DNA from: Pseudomonadota bacterium
Lineage (GTDB): Bacteria > UBA10199 > 2-02-FULL-44-16 > JAAZCA01
Assembly (NCBI GenBank): GCA_043822785.1
Contig: JBDRBN010000062.1
Location: 1-26,227 of the forward strand
Reading direction: 5' to 3'
Length of the DNA: 26,227 nt
Shown: piece by piece, positions 16,782 to 25,319 of the stretch
Layout of the letters: the number at the start of each line of letters is the position of its first letter
Numbering within the stretch: the first letter of the stretch is position 1
Notes under the pieces: model-generated
The model's database searches: none
Seen by the model: only the letters and a program-made list of their open reading frames with translations
Told to the model about the DNA's origin: nothing
Program-made: the position numbers and the translations under genes

Positions 16782-17447
16782 ATGAAACTCATATCATCTA
16801 TTATCGCAATCGTAATTATCACAGCTTTATGTGCTCATGCCTCTGCAAAGGACAACTCAATACCAAAGGAGAGGATCGATGCTATCGAGGCTGCATACAG
16901 CGGATGCAACGATCTTACAGCAGATTTTACGCAGACCACGCAAATCGCCCTTCTTGAGCGAACTGTGAAGAAAGACGGCGTGTTTCAGTTCAAAAGGGGC
17001 GGAATGATGCGTATTGAATATAAGAATAAAAACGCAAAACACTATGTGTCAGATGGCTCAACTCTTTGGACTTACATTCCTGGCGATGAGGGCAGCCTTG
17101 AAACCTTTGCGGTAAACGATAAAACAATTCCAAAAGAAGCACTTTCATTTTTAAATGGCTTTGGAAAACTCACCAAAGAATTCGAAGTGAGCAACAGCAC
17201 AGCCTTTGACAAAATCCCAAAAGAGGGAGCAGCGCTGCACCTTATTCCACGCAAGAAGGAGCCTCTATACAAATCGCTGGATGCGCTATTTGGAGCAGAC
17301 AACTTTCTTACTGAACTCATCGTGTATAACGTATCCGGCAATGTAAGCCGCTATGTATTTAGCAATATCACAAAAAACAGCGGCCTTTCCGATGATCACT
17401 TTACGCTCTCATCAGGAAAGGCCACGCCAGATACATTGCCAGAATAA
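16782..17447 (+). CDS. lolA: Outer-membrane lipoprotein carrier LolA
   Basis: Signal peptide; LTADFTQ, G..RIEY and VSDGSTLWTY motifs; ftsK-lolA synteny. Confidence 0.88.
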   Translation: MKLISSIIAIVIITALCAHASAKDNSIPKERIDAIEAAYSGCNDLTADFTQTTQIALLERTVKKDGVFQFKRGGMMRIEYKNKNAKHYVSDGSTLWTYIPGDEGSLETFAVNDKTIPKEALSFLNGFGKLTKEFEVSNSTAFDKIPKEGAALHLIPRKKEPLYKSLDALFGADNFLTELIVYNVSGNVSRYVFSNITKNSGLSDDHFTLSSGKATPDTLPE

Positions 17448-17449
17448 AA

Positions 17450-18019
17450 TCAGACAACGTCTTCTTCGTCCACATTTTCTACAGATGCTTTGCGGCCGCT
17501 ATTCAAAACCACAGGCGCAGTATCTTTAGGAGGATGAATTACACTTTCACAAGACTCTTTTCTGTTCTGTACTCTTTTTGACTGGCGGCGATCTTCCCAA
17601 AAGCTCATCCCAATAGTCACCGCTACAAGTGAAAATAAAATTAGTCCAATTGCTTGCATAGGTGATATCAAATCAGTGTCAGAACTCTTGTCAGCTCCAG
17701 CAAATGCATTCTCAGATAAAGTGGTTATTAGACCTGCTGCTGCACCTGCTGCCAACATCCTAGGAAATGCGTTTTCTGAACCTGCAGTCCTCATCATCGC
17801 CTTTCTGGCAGTTGTATGATGAACAGGGTTATACGGACTGCAAAGAGATTCCGGACCCACCAAACTGCAGGGATTAGAACTAATAAAACGCGCATCCAAT
17901 GTGCCCGCATTCTCAAAGCCCTGCGCACATGAAGTAAAAGCAGCTGAGTTAGACGTTAGCGCATTCGCTGCATATATCAATGCAGGAAGCGCTGATATTG
18001 CACCTACTGTAGCATACAT
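17450..18019 (-). CDS. Hypothetical membrane protein (paralogue C of tandem trio)
   Basis: AGGAGG RBS; Cys-containing leader, internal hydrophobic segment ending in AFA, then a TM helix and charged tail. Confidence 0.75.
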   Translation of the reverse strand: MYATVGAISALPALIYAANALTSNSAAFTSCAQGFENAGTLDARFISSNPCSLVGPESLCSPYNPVHHTTARKAMMRTAGSENAFPRMLAAGAAAGLITTLSENAFAGADKSSDTDLISPMQAIGLILFSLVAVTIGMSFWEDRRQSKRVQNRKESCESVIHPPKDTAPVVLNSGRKASVENVDEEDVV

Positions 18020-18054
18020 TTTAACCTCCTTTATCCCCCATCCCTATCATATCA

Positions 18055-18642
18055 TTAACCGCGAAGGCCAGGCACACTGGGAGGTGGCGGAGGAGGGATA
18101 TCGCTTATCATTACACCGTCCACCCGAGCGCTCAAGCGCCTAGAAGAAACACCATTGCTATTATCAGCGACCGGAACATCAGGCCCGCTTTTTTTCGACA
18201 CCTGCGCTTGCCGGTTACTTAACCTACTCAAAACCAACAACATCACAATAGCCCCAGCAAGGGGCAGTGTGTACCAAATTCCATTCAGCGAATCTCCATA
18301 CTCGACACCGCTAAAGTCATCTGGGCGCGCACTTGCTTCTGCAGACCAAGCAGTCGTCATTAGCCCTGCAACTGATGCAGCCATCGCTAATGGAACAGAA
18401 CTCATCTTCCGACCATCTCTTGCCATCATCTGCTCAGTCTTTCGATGAATTGTGCTGCAAAAGTTAGCGGGACTCCACGAATCACAGCGATTTTGCGGTG
18501 AAGTCAGCATCGCCACATACTTAGAATCTGCTGTGCACGACGCCATCCCAATTGTGTTGGACGGCATCAGCGCACCCATTGCACACATCGAGCTTATAGG
18601 AACTGCGGTTACTGCATTTAAAACTTGTCCTGCTGCATACAT
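18055..18642 (-). CDS. Hypothetical membrane protein (paralogue B of tandem trio)
   Basis: GAGGAGG RBS; same architecture as 17450-18019; poly-Pro C-terminus. Confidence 0.75.
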   Translation of the reverse strand: MYAAGQVLNAVTAVPISSMCAMGALMPSNTIGMASCTADSKYVAMLTSPQNRCDSWSPANFCSTIHRKTEQMMARDGRKMSSVPLAMAASVAGLMTTAWSAEASARPDDFSGVEYGDSLNGIWYTLPLAGAIVMLLVLSRLSNRQAQVSKKSGPDVPVADNSNGVSSRRLSARVDGVMISDIPPPPPPSVPGLRG

Positions 18643-18700
18643 TGTAGCCTCCTCTATTTTATGGTTTGCTGAAAATATTCTCCTTCATGTGCCTTATCAG

Positions 18701-19156
18701 TCATACTTGAACTACCTTATCGCCTGCTTCTGTTAAAGGTTGCGCAGTTTTTGCAGGCTCATCTTGGGCATCGGCTACAATCCTTGTCTCCCAGGCCGTA
18801 TTCATGACAACCCGCAAGATATATATTAACCCTAACGCCATCAATGGAATCAAAATGATCTCAGGGTACAACAAAGAAGAATCATCGCGTTTGGAAACAG
18901 GTGCGGGCCCACTTGAAGTCTGCAACGCAGACGCCATCATGCCATTTGAACCAAGCATAGGCATATCACCAAACAAATAAGATACACGTGGGTAAGCAGG
19001 CAACTTGAGATCAAATGACTTTACAGGATTACAAACGTACAGATCTGATCCGCATGCCATACTGTGCGCTATTGAAGATAGCGCCGTGGTCGCGCTGCTT
19101 GCAAACAATGGGATTATAAAAACTGAGTTTGCAATTGCCCCTATGCCGTTCATCAC
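18701..19156 (-). CDS. Hypothetical membrane protein (more distant paralogue A)
   Basis: AAGGAGG RBS; hydrophobic N-terminus, two Cys, an MM dipeptide and a single TM helix with a charged tail. Confidence 0.7.
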   Translation of the reverse strand: MMNGIGAIANSVFIIPLFASSATTALSSIAHSMACGSDLYVCNPVKSFDLKLPAYPRVSYLFGDMPMLGSNGMMASALQTSSGPAPVSKRDDSSLLYPEIILIPLMALGLIYILRVVMNTAWETRIVADAQDEPAKTAQPLTEAGDKVVQV

Positions 19157-19192
19157 GCCCTCCTTGTTGTCGTATTCTTATATTGCCCGCAC

Positions 19193-21435
19193 CTAATTCC
19201 TTAGCGGTTTATTTGTTTTCAACATATGCGCTATGCGCTGTTTTGTCCTCTCTTCTCCTGCAAGCGATAAAAAAGCCTCGCGCTCAAGATCAAGGATATG
19301 CGCCTCGTCAGTTGTATGGATGCAAGGTTTGTCGCCGCCTGAAAGCACATAAGCCAACTTCTCTGCTATATAGGCATCGTACTTTGTGGCCAGACCTTTA
19401 TTGAGGTATGCCCGCACAACGTTGATGAGCGCATTCTTGCCGCCATTGCCCGATGCCTTTATATCGGTGCGAGGCTGTGGCGGAGTATAATCCTTTGCAA
19501 GCTCAAGCAGCTTATCGCGCGCTGCGCTAAATAGCCTGTCGCGATCAAATACTATGCTGTCATGTTGTGATATGAGCCCAAGCTCCATTGCTTCGCGAGC
19601 GGATGTGGAAACGCGCGATGTGGCGATTAGCTCAAAGGCGCCATGCTCCTTCGGCCCAGGCCCGCCGCCAAGCCTCTGCTCCATCTTTAAAAGCAGGTTC
19701 TTGCATCCGCCGCCGGCGGGAATCAATCCCACAGCCGTCTCCACGAGCCCCATATACGTCTCGATGTGCGCGACGCGCGCGGCAGAAGACATGCAGAACT
19801 CGCAAGCGCCGCCGAGCGTTCTGCCGAACGGAGCAGCCACAACGGGCTTGGTCGAAAAACGAATCCTTTGGCTTATGGTCTGAAAGCTGCGCACCATTTT
19901 ATCTATGTCGTCCCAGCGCTTCTTCTCTATGGCATCCAAGATGGCCAAGAGGTTTGCGCCAACCGAAAAATGTTCGCCGTCGTTCGCTATGAGAAGCCCT
20001 GCTCCTTCCCTCTCTGCACGCTCAAGAGAGATCTCAAGCATCTTGATCGTGCTTTCTCCTATTGCGTTCATCTTGGAGTGAAACTCGCAGGCAAAGATGC
20101 CGTCTCCCGTATCCACAAGCGATGCGCAAGCGTTCTTCTCCACCCGCCCTTTACCCGTTTTTATACTCACAGAGGATGTATAGAAGGACTCACGGCCTGA
20201 TGAGAGCATCTCTTCGACCAAAGCAGGAACTTCTCTCCCCTCTGACTCAAGCCGATCTGCTACTTTTCGCACGCCCAGTGCATCCCAAGTTTCAAACGGC
20301 CCCAGCTGCCAGTTAAAACCCCACCGCATGGCCCGATCCACATCTTTAACATCTGAGCACACTTCAGGAATGCGATTTGCTGCATAGACGAGTAGCCTAG
20401 ATATGATAAGCCAAGCAATCTCAGAAGCCTCATCTGTTGAGAACACCATGTTGCGAATGCGGGAGTTTACACATCGAATCGATTTGGTCTCAGCAAGTAT
20501 AGGCGTATTAAAGGAGACTTTCTCCCTGTATTGCATAGTCCTTGGATCAAGGGCCATGATCCTTCCATTGTCCTTACTTTTCTTGAAAAAACCGCATCCA
20601 GCCTTGTTGCCTGTCCAGCCGTTTACAAGCATGCGTTGAATATATTGCGGTATGCGAAACCTGGCGATGGACTCGTCATCAGAGCATCCCTTAAGTATAG
20701 TCTCTGTAACTGAAGCCACTGTGTCTAGCCCTACCACATCCATGAGCTTAAAGATGCCGGTTTTCGGACGACCAGTGGGCCTGCCCAATACAGCGTCTAC
20801 AGACTCAAACGGCCAACTATGCTCGCCTGCTAGATGCATCACGTCCATTGCATGGAAGATGCCTATGCGATTGGCGATAAACGCGGGCGTATCCTTTGCA
20901 TGAAGCACGCCCTTTCCAAGGCGTTCAGACAAGAATGATGAGAGCTTCGAGACTAACTTTTCATCACACTCAGGGCCGCACACCAATTCTACGAGTTTGA
21001 GGTAGCGCGGAGGATTGAAGAAATGGGTTATGACAAAGCGTTGCTTAAACCCATTTTCGCCATCCTTAACGAGCGTGCTCCAAGGCAGAGCTGAGGTGTT
21101 TGAACTGACCAATGCTTGTGGGTTAAGAAGACTCTCTATTTTTTTAAACAAAGCTCGTTTTGCTTCAAGCTTTTCCACAAGGTTTCGAGCACCCAGTCGC
21201 AGTCAGATATCCTATCAATGTGTTCGTCAATGTTGCCGGCTCGGATGCGCCCTGCATCTTTTTTAGAGAAGAGTGCCGGCGGCATGACCATAGCCATATT
21301 CTTTAAGGCTTGCTCTGCCTTCGCACTTCTATCCAGAAGCTCGACATCGCAACCAGTGCCAGCTATGAGTGCAGCAATCTGTGCACCCATGGTACCAGCC
21401 CCAATTATAGCAACTTTATTAAAGTAGTTTTCCAT
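19193..21435 (-). pseudogene. fadN: 3-hydroxyacyl-CoA dehydrogenase/enoyl-CoA hydratase (FadN-like), split by a 1-nt frameshift near 21180 (pseudogene or sequence error)
   Basis: KVAIIGAGTMG...CDWVLE lies in one frame; VEKLEAKRALF, SSNTS, HFFNPPRY, FIANRIG, FSVGANL and GLIPAGGG lie in the -1 frame. The span is 2243 nt, one base short of a whole number of codons. Confidence 0.85.
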
Positions 21436-21449
21436 GTCTTCTTTGCTAG

Positions 21450-21517
21450 CGTTGCTGTCGTTGCTTGCGTTGCTGGCGCCTGCCCTGAGCGAGCTACGCG
21501 AGTCGAAGGGTTGCTTG
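21450..21517. repeat. 9-bp tandem repeat interrupted by a CCCTGAGC..GTCGAAGGG palindromic element
   Basis: cgttgctgt cgttgcttg cgttgctgg, then gccctgagcgagctacgcgagtcgaaggg (21482-21510), then ttgcttg. Confidence 0.75.
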
Positions 21518-21523
21518 CCGCAG

Positions 21524-22681
21524 TTATATCCTTTCAAAAACCATTGCCATGCCCTGTCCACCGCCCACGCACATGGTGGCAAGGCCTGTGTTTGCATCAT
21601 TTGTCTCCATCGCATGCAAAAGCGTAGTTATTATGCGCGCGCCGCTTGCGCCCAAAGGATGTCCAAGCGCAACTGCGCCGCCATTCACATTTACCTTCTT
21701 TTCATCAAGGTCGAGCTCGCGCATGACCGCAAGTGCCTGAGCAGCAAATGCCTCATTGAGCTCTATGAGATCTATATCCCTAAGCTTCATGCCCGCTCGC
21801 TTGAGTGCCTTTGGCACAGCGAATATGGGACCCTTGCCCATGAACTTAGGAGACACGCCTGCGACAGCAATGGATTTTATCTTTGCCCGAGGAGCGATCT
21901 TCATCTTCTTTGCAAATTTCTTTGAACCTACGACGATCATGGCTGCACCGTCACTTTTGGGAGATGAATTACCAGCCGTCACTGTACCGCCAGCCAAAAA
22001 AGCTGGCGAAAGCTCTGACAACGCTTCAGTGGACGTGTCGGACCTGGGCCCTTCGTCCTTTGATATGAGATGCTCTCGATTATCTTTTCCCTTTAGCGCT
22101 ATAGGAACTATCTCGGCTTCGAATTTTCCACGCTGCTGAGAAGACACAGTTTTTCTATGGCTCATGAGCGCAAAGCGGTCCTGCTCTTCTCTTGTTATAG
22201 AATATTCCTTAGCCAAATTTTCTGCCGTGATCCCCATGCTGATGTATGCATCAGGCCCTGCCTCGGACATGAGCTTCTCGTTGAGACTAGGATTGAAGCC
22301 CCCCATGGGAACATGGCTCATGGATTCCACTCCCCCTGCTATGAAGAGCTCGCCATCCCCACACATTATAGAGCGAGCTGCCTGGGCTAGGGCCTCCATG
22401 GATGAGGCGCAAAAACGGTTGATGGTGCTCGCTGCAACCTCTACAGGTAGATGAGCGAGCAGCGAGATGTTGCGCGCAACATTTAAGCCTTGCTCGCCCT
22501 CAGGCATGGCACATCCGATGAGAACGTCCTCTATGAGCGCTGAGTTCAAACCCAAGACGCGATCCATGGTGCACTTAAGAACCTGTGCGCCAACGTCGTC
22601 TATGCGCGCATCGGCAAACGCACCTCTCCCAGCCTTTGTGATAGGACTTCTCGCACACGCTAAAATAACCGCATCTGTCAT
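21524..22681 (-). CDS. fadA: Acetyl-CoA C-acyltransferase (thiolase)
   Basis: NRFCASS, GGVESMS, ELNEAFA, GHPLGASGAR and CVGGGQG motifs. Confidence 0.96.
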   Translation of the reverse strand: MTDAVILACARSPITKAGRGAFADARIDDVGAQVLKCTMDRVLGLNSALIEDVLIGCAMPEGEQGLNVARNISLLAHLPVEVAASTINRFCASSMEALAQAARSIMCGDGELFIAGGVESMSHVPMGGFNPSLNEKLMSEAGPDAYISMGITAENLAKEYSITREEQDRFALMSHRKTVSSQQRGKFEAEIVPIALKGKDNREHLISKDEGPRSDTSTEALSELSPAFLAGGTVTAGNSSPKSDGAAMIVVGSKKFAKKMKIAPRAKIKSIAVAGVSPKFMGKGPIFAVPKALKRAGMKLRDIDLIELNEAFAAQALAVMRELDLDEKKVNVNGGAVALGHPLGASGARIITTLLHAMETNDANTGLATMCVGGGQGMAMVFERI

Positions 22682-22745
22682 GATGGCCTCTGATAAAGCG
22701 CCCGACTATGCACAAGAACCGCTAAAACGCAAGCATGTAAGGAAA

Positions 22746-23834
22746 TTAAAGGGAAGCAAAGGCATCGGCTGCGAGTCGCCATTCCAAGGAATGCGCAAAA
22801 AGCATGCGTTCCATCCGGCGTAGCGCCTCGCACACAAGGGTGCTGTCATAGACACCGTAGCGCTTGATAAACTTCGCAAGCGAGCGGGCAGCGGCTTTTC
22901 TCACCTGCCAACAATCATCAGAGAGAGCCCTTATGAGGGCTAGCTCTGAAATAGCGTTGTCCCAGAGCAAAAGAGCCTCTGCAGCAGTCTGGCGAGTTTC
23001 GGGATCTGGATCTTTGCCTATTGCCCTAGCCACTGCGAGGCATGCCTGTTTGCTATTTGAAAATCGAAGCGCCTTGACCGCTGCCTTTCTTATAAGACCG
23101 CATGGCTCTCTGCTGGGATTAAGATATCGTTTTAACAACTTGAAGGCGTGACAGGATATATCATTTGAAAATCCGACCAAAAACCTACCCAGCGATCTGA
23201 CCGCCTCGTACCGAACGCGCGGTTCAGCATCCTTCGCAGCCTTTACGATATGAGGAAGCAAAGATTCATCAGCCAAATATCCAAGCGCACATGCGATGCC
23301 CGCGCGTAGCCTTGCCGGCACGTGTTTTTCCAGCATGAGCAGATCTACCATAGCTGGCACAGCATCCCTTGCGCCCATAAGACCCAACACGCGCGCACTT
23401 TTTTCGCGAACAACAGCTGAAGTATCGTTTAGAAGGGCGCTCATCAGCGCATCGTAAGATCGCTTATCACCCAACTTCCATAATGACCATGCAGCTTCTT
23501 CACGAACAGTAGGATCATTGTCTTTTGTAAGGGAAATAGAGAGGGGAATCACAGCTTCTGGAACTAAAATGCCTTCTGAAATGGCAACGTCACCCAATTC
23601 ACGCGCAGCCTTTGTTCTTTCTGAGCGCCTTCCACTGCGCAATAGCTCGAGTGCTATGGCTACGCGCTCTGCAGACTTTGGCATCGTACCCTTGCAAGAC
23701 AGAGGAAATGCGCGAACAACGCCCACAGCAGTTTCAACATCATCACCTGCTTGCCCTGCCGCAGTACGCCTATCAAATTTGTGTTTGGCAGTATCTGCCG
23801 CAGCTTTCAGGATATTTTCGTCAGGCTTGTGCAT
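22746..23834 (-). CDS. HEAT/PBS-lyase repeat protein
   Basis: Repeated D....VR..AA..L units (DPTVREEAAWSL, SAVVREKSARVL, EPRVRYEAVRSL, CWQVRKAAARSL). Confidence 0.9.
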   Translation of the reverse strand: MHKPDENILKAAADTAKHKFDRRTAAGQAGDDVETAVGVVRAFPLSCKGTMPKSAERVAIALELLRSGRRSERTKAARELGDVAISEGILVPEAVIPLSISLTKDNDPTVREEAAWSLWKLGDKRSYDALMSALLNDTSAVVREKSARVLGLMGARDAVPAMVDLLMLEKHVPARLRAGIACALGYLADESLLPHIVKAAKDAEPRVRYEAVRSLGRFLVGFSNDISCHAFKLLKRYLNPSREPCGLIRKAAVKALRFSNSKQACLAVARAIGKDPDPETRQTAAEALLLWDNAISELALIRALSDDCWQVRKAAARSLAKFIKRYGVYDSTLVCEALRRMERMLFAHSLEWRLAADAFASL

Positions 23835-23843
23835 TTATTTTGT

Positions 23844-23871
23844 TATCGTACGGTGCGCCTCAAAAGTTGCT
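23844..23871 (-). promoter_or_regulatory. Putative alternative-sigma promoter, same motif as 11073-11099
   Basis: AGCAACTTTTGAGGCGCACCGTACGATA, 9 nt before the ATG. Confidence 0.55.
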
Positions 23872-23881
23872 GCCTTTTCAC

Positions 23882-23937
23882 AAAAAAACATCGCCCCTTC
23901 CGGCCATCCCATTTGTGGATTGGCCGGAAGAAAGCGA
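23882..23937 (-). terminator. Probable intrinsic terminator after rnpB
   Basis: CTTCCGGCCA...TGGCCGGAAG stem followed on the minus strand by TGTTTTTTT. Confidence 0.65.
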
Positions 23938-23952
23938 CCTTATATCAAGAAG

Positions 23953-24511
23953 ATGCGCAGGTCTATAAGCCGAGTTCTGTCCCTGGGAAAAATCCCGGGT
24001 AACGATCATTTATCTGGGATCGTTGTTGCCAACGACCTCTAGCCCTCAGGCATGCTCAGGGCAATAGCAACCTACCCCCGAACAGTCTCTTTTAGTTCAT
24101 TATATAAGAACAAAAAAAGATTGGAGCGGATCACCCCCTCCTCCTCTTCGCAAAGGAAGAATGTTCGGTGCTTGGTCTTGCTCCCCATGGGGTTTGCCGT
24201 GCCATCTCTGTTGCCAGAGATGCGGTGGGCTCTTACCCCACCTTTTCACCCTTACCCTGCACCGCATGGTGCAGGGCTGTTTATTTTCTGTGGCACTTTC
24301 CGTCCCCGTCATCTCCTTACACAGCCGGGGCCTGGATGTTATCCAGCATAGTATCCTTAGGAGCTCGGACTTTCCTCCCAGGCTGTCCAAAAATGTCATT
24401 CCCGCGAAGGCGGGAATCCAGAAGTTATCGACGTTACTGGATCCCTGCCTTCGCAGGGATGACAAAAAGCGACATTTTCGGACAGCCTGAGCGATCGTTC
24501 GACCTGCGCTG
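23953..24511 (-). ncRNA. rnpB: RNase P RNA, type A, enlarged (~560 nt)
   Basis: Minus strand has GAGGAAAGTCCGAGCTC, GGAAAGTGCCACAGAAA, GGGTGAAAAGGTGGGGTAAGAGCCCACC, GGCAAACCCC..GGAGCAAG, AGATAAATGATCG and ACAGAACTCGGCTTATAG. P1 is GCGCAGGTC/GACCTGCGC. Confidence 0.97.
24379..24489. repeat. Palindromic (RPE/dRS3-like) element occupying P3 of RNase P RNA
   Basis: CAGGCTGTCC.AAAATGTC / GACATTTT.GGACAGCCTG termini enclosing the inverted pair GTCATTCCCGCGAAGGCGGGAATCCAG and CTGGATCCCTGCCTTCGCAGGGATGAC. Confidence 0.85.
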
Positions 24512-24527
24512 TCATGTCAAAGAACTT

Positions 24528-24578
24528 GCCCTGAGCGACCCTGAGCGAGTGAAGCGAGTCGAAGGGGAGTCGAAGGGC
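24528..24578. repeat. Self-nested CCCTGAGC..GTCGAAGGG palindromic element
   Basis: GCCCTGAGCGA[CCCTGAGCGAGTGAAGCGAGTCGAAGGG]GAGTCGAAGGGC. Confidence 0.8.
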
Positions 24579-24588
24579 GCGTACCTAT

Positions 24589-24996
24589 TTATTCTATCTT
24601 GCCGTCTATGGCCAAGTTCGCAAGCCTATCAGCGTGCTTGTTATTCTCACGAAGCACGTGATCAATAGTATATTCGCCTATCTCCTGCAAGAGCTTCAGA
24701 ATCTTCTCATGAAGGGGCTTTATCCCCTCATTCTTTACACGGTAATCGCCTTTTATCTGTTTTACCACGAGTTCCGAATCACTAAAGATCACAACATTGG
24801 TCGCACCTATTCGCTTGGCCTCTTCAATAGCCAAAAGCAAAGCGCGATATTCAGCTTGGTTGTTCGTCATCTCCCCAAGGTACCGGCATACCTCTACTAT
24901 GACACGACCATCCTCATCTGTAAGGATAGCCCCTGCCCCTGCCGGGCCTGGGTTACCACGGGCTGCACCATCTGTGTATATTGTTATGCGGTTCAT
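24589..24996 (-). CDS. rnhA: Ribonuclease HI
   Basis: YTDGAARGNPGPAGAG, TNNQAEY, SDSELVVKQ and RENNKHADRLAN motifs. Confidence 0.95.
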   Translation of the reverse strand: MNRITIYTDGAARGNPGPAGAGAILTDEDGRVIVEVCRYLGEMTNNQAEYRALLLAIEEAKRIGATNVVIFSDSELVVKQIKGDYRVKNEGIKPLHEKILKLLQEIGEYTIDHVLRENNKHADRLANLAIDGKIE

Positions 24997-25295
24997 TATT
25001 TTGAAATCAGACCAAATGCAGAAAAAAGTCTCTGTTCCTCATGTGGAGAAAGTGAGGAAATAACATTTTGAACATTTGAAGAAAACCCAGAACTTGCACG
25101 CACTTCATGAAGCGCCACCCTGCTCTCTTCTGCAGCCTCCATGGAAAGACTTTCTGCCAACTCGCGAAGTACAGATCTTACCTGCGCTGATGTAAAAGCG
25201 CCTTTGAGCTTATCGGTGACAGAAGAAAACTTTTCATTTTCTGCTATATAATAGAGTAACTCGACAATCGTTTCTTTAGGTAAAGAGGTTTTCAT
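24996..25295 (-). CDS. Hypothetical protein, 99 aa, coupled to rnhA
   Basis: GGAGG RBS; the stop overlaps the rnhA start (TAATG); fills the intergenic gap. Confidence 0.8.
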   Translation of the reverse strand: MKTSLPKETIVELLYYIAENEKFSSVTDKLKGAFTSAQVRSVLRELAESLSMEAAEESRVALHEVRASSGFSSNVQNVISSLSPHEEQRLFSAFGLISK

Positions 25296-25319
25296 ATTGC
25301 CTCCATTAAATCAGATTCG

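Noticed and set aside
17450..19156. The trio as MYXO-CTERM-type substrates of the CPBP protease
   Set aside because: There is no Gly-rich Cys motif before the TM, and the post-TM tails are long rather than short basic ends.
21436..21615. N-terminal extension of the 159-aa ORF (ASNASNDSNAS)
   Set aside because: It is the translation of the intergenic 9-mer repeats and the thiolase end. FadN homology begins at ATG 21435.
24052..24668. ORFs overlapping rnpB on both strands
   Set aside because: Shadow ORFs of the RNA gene and the palindromic repeats (WIPAFAGMT is the translated repeat).
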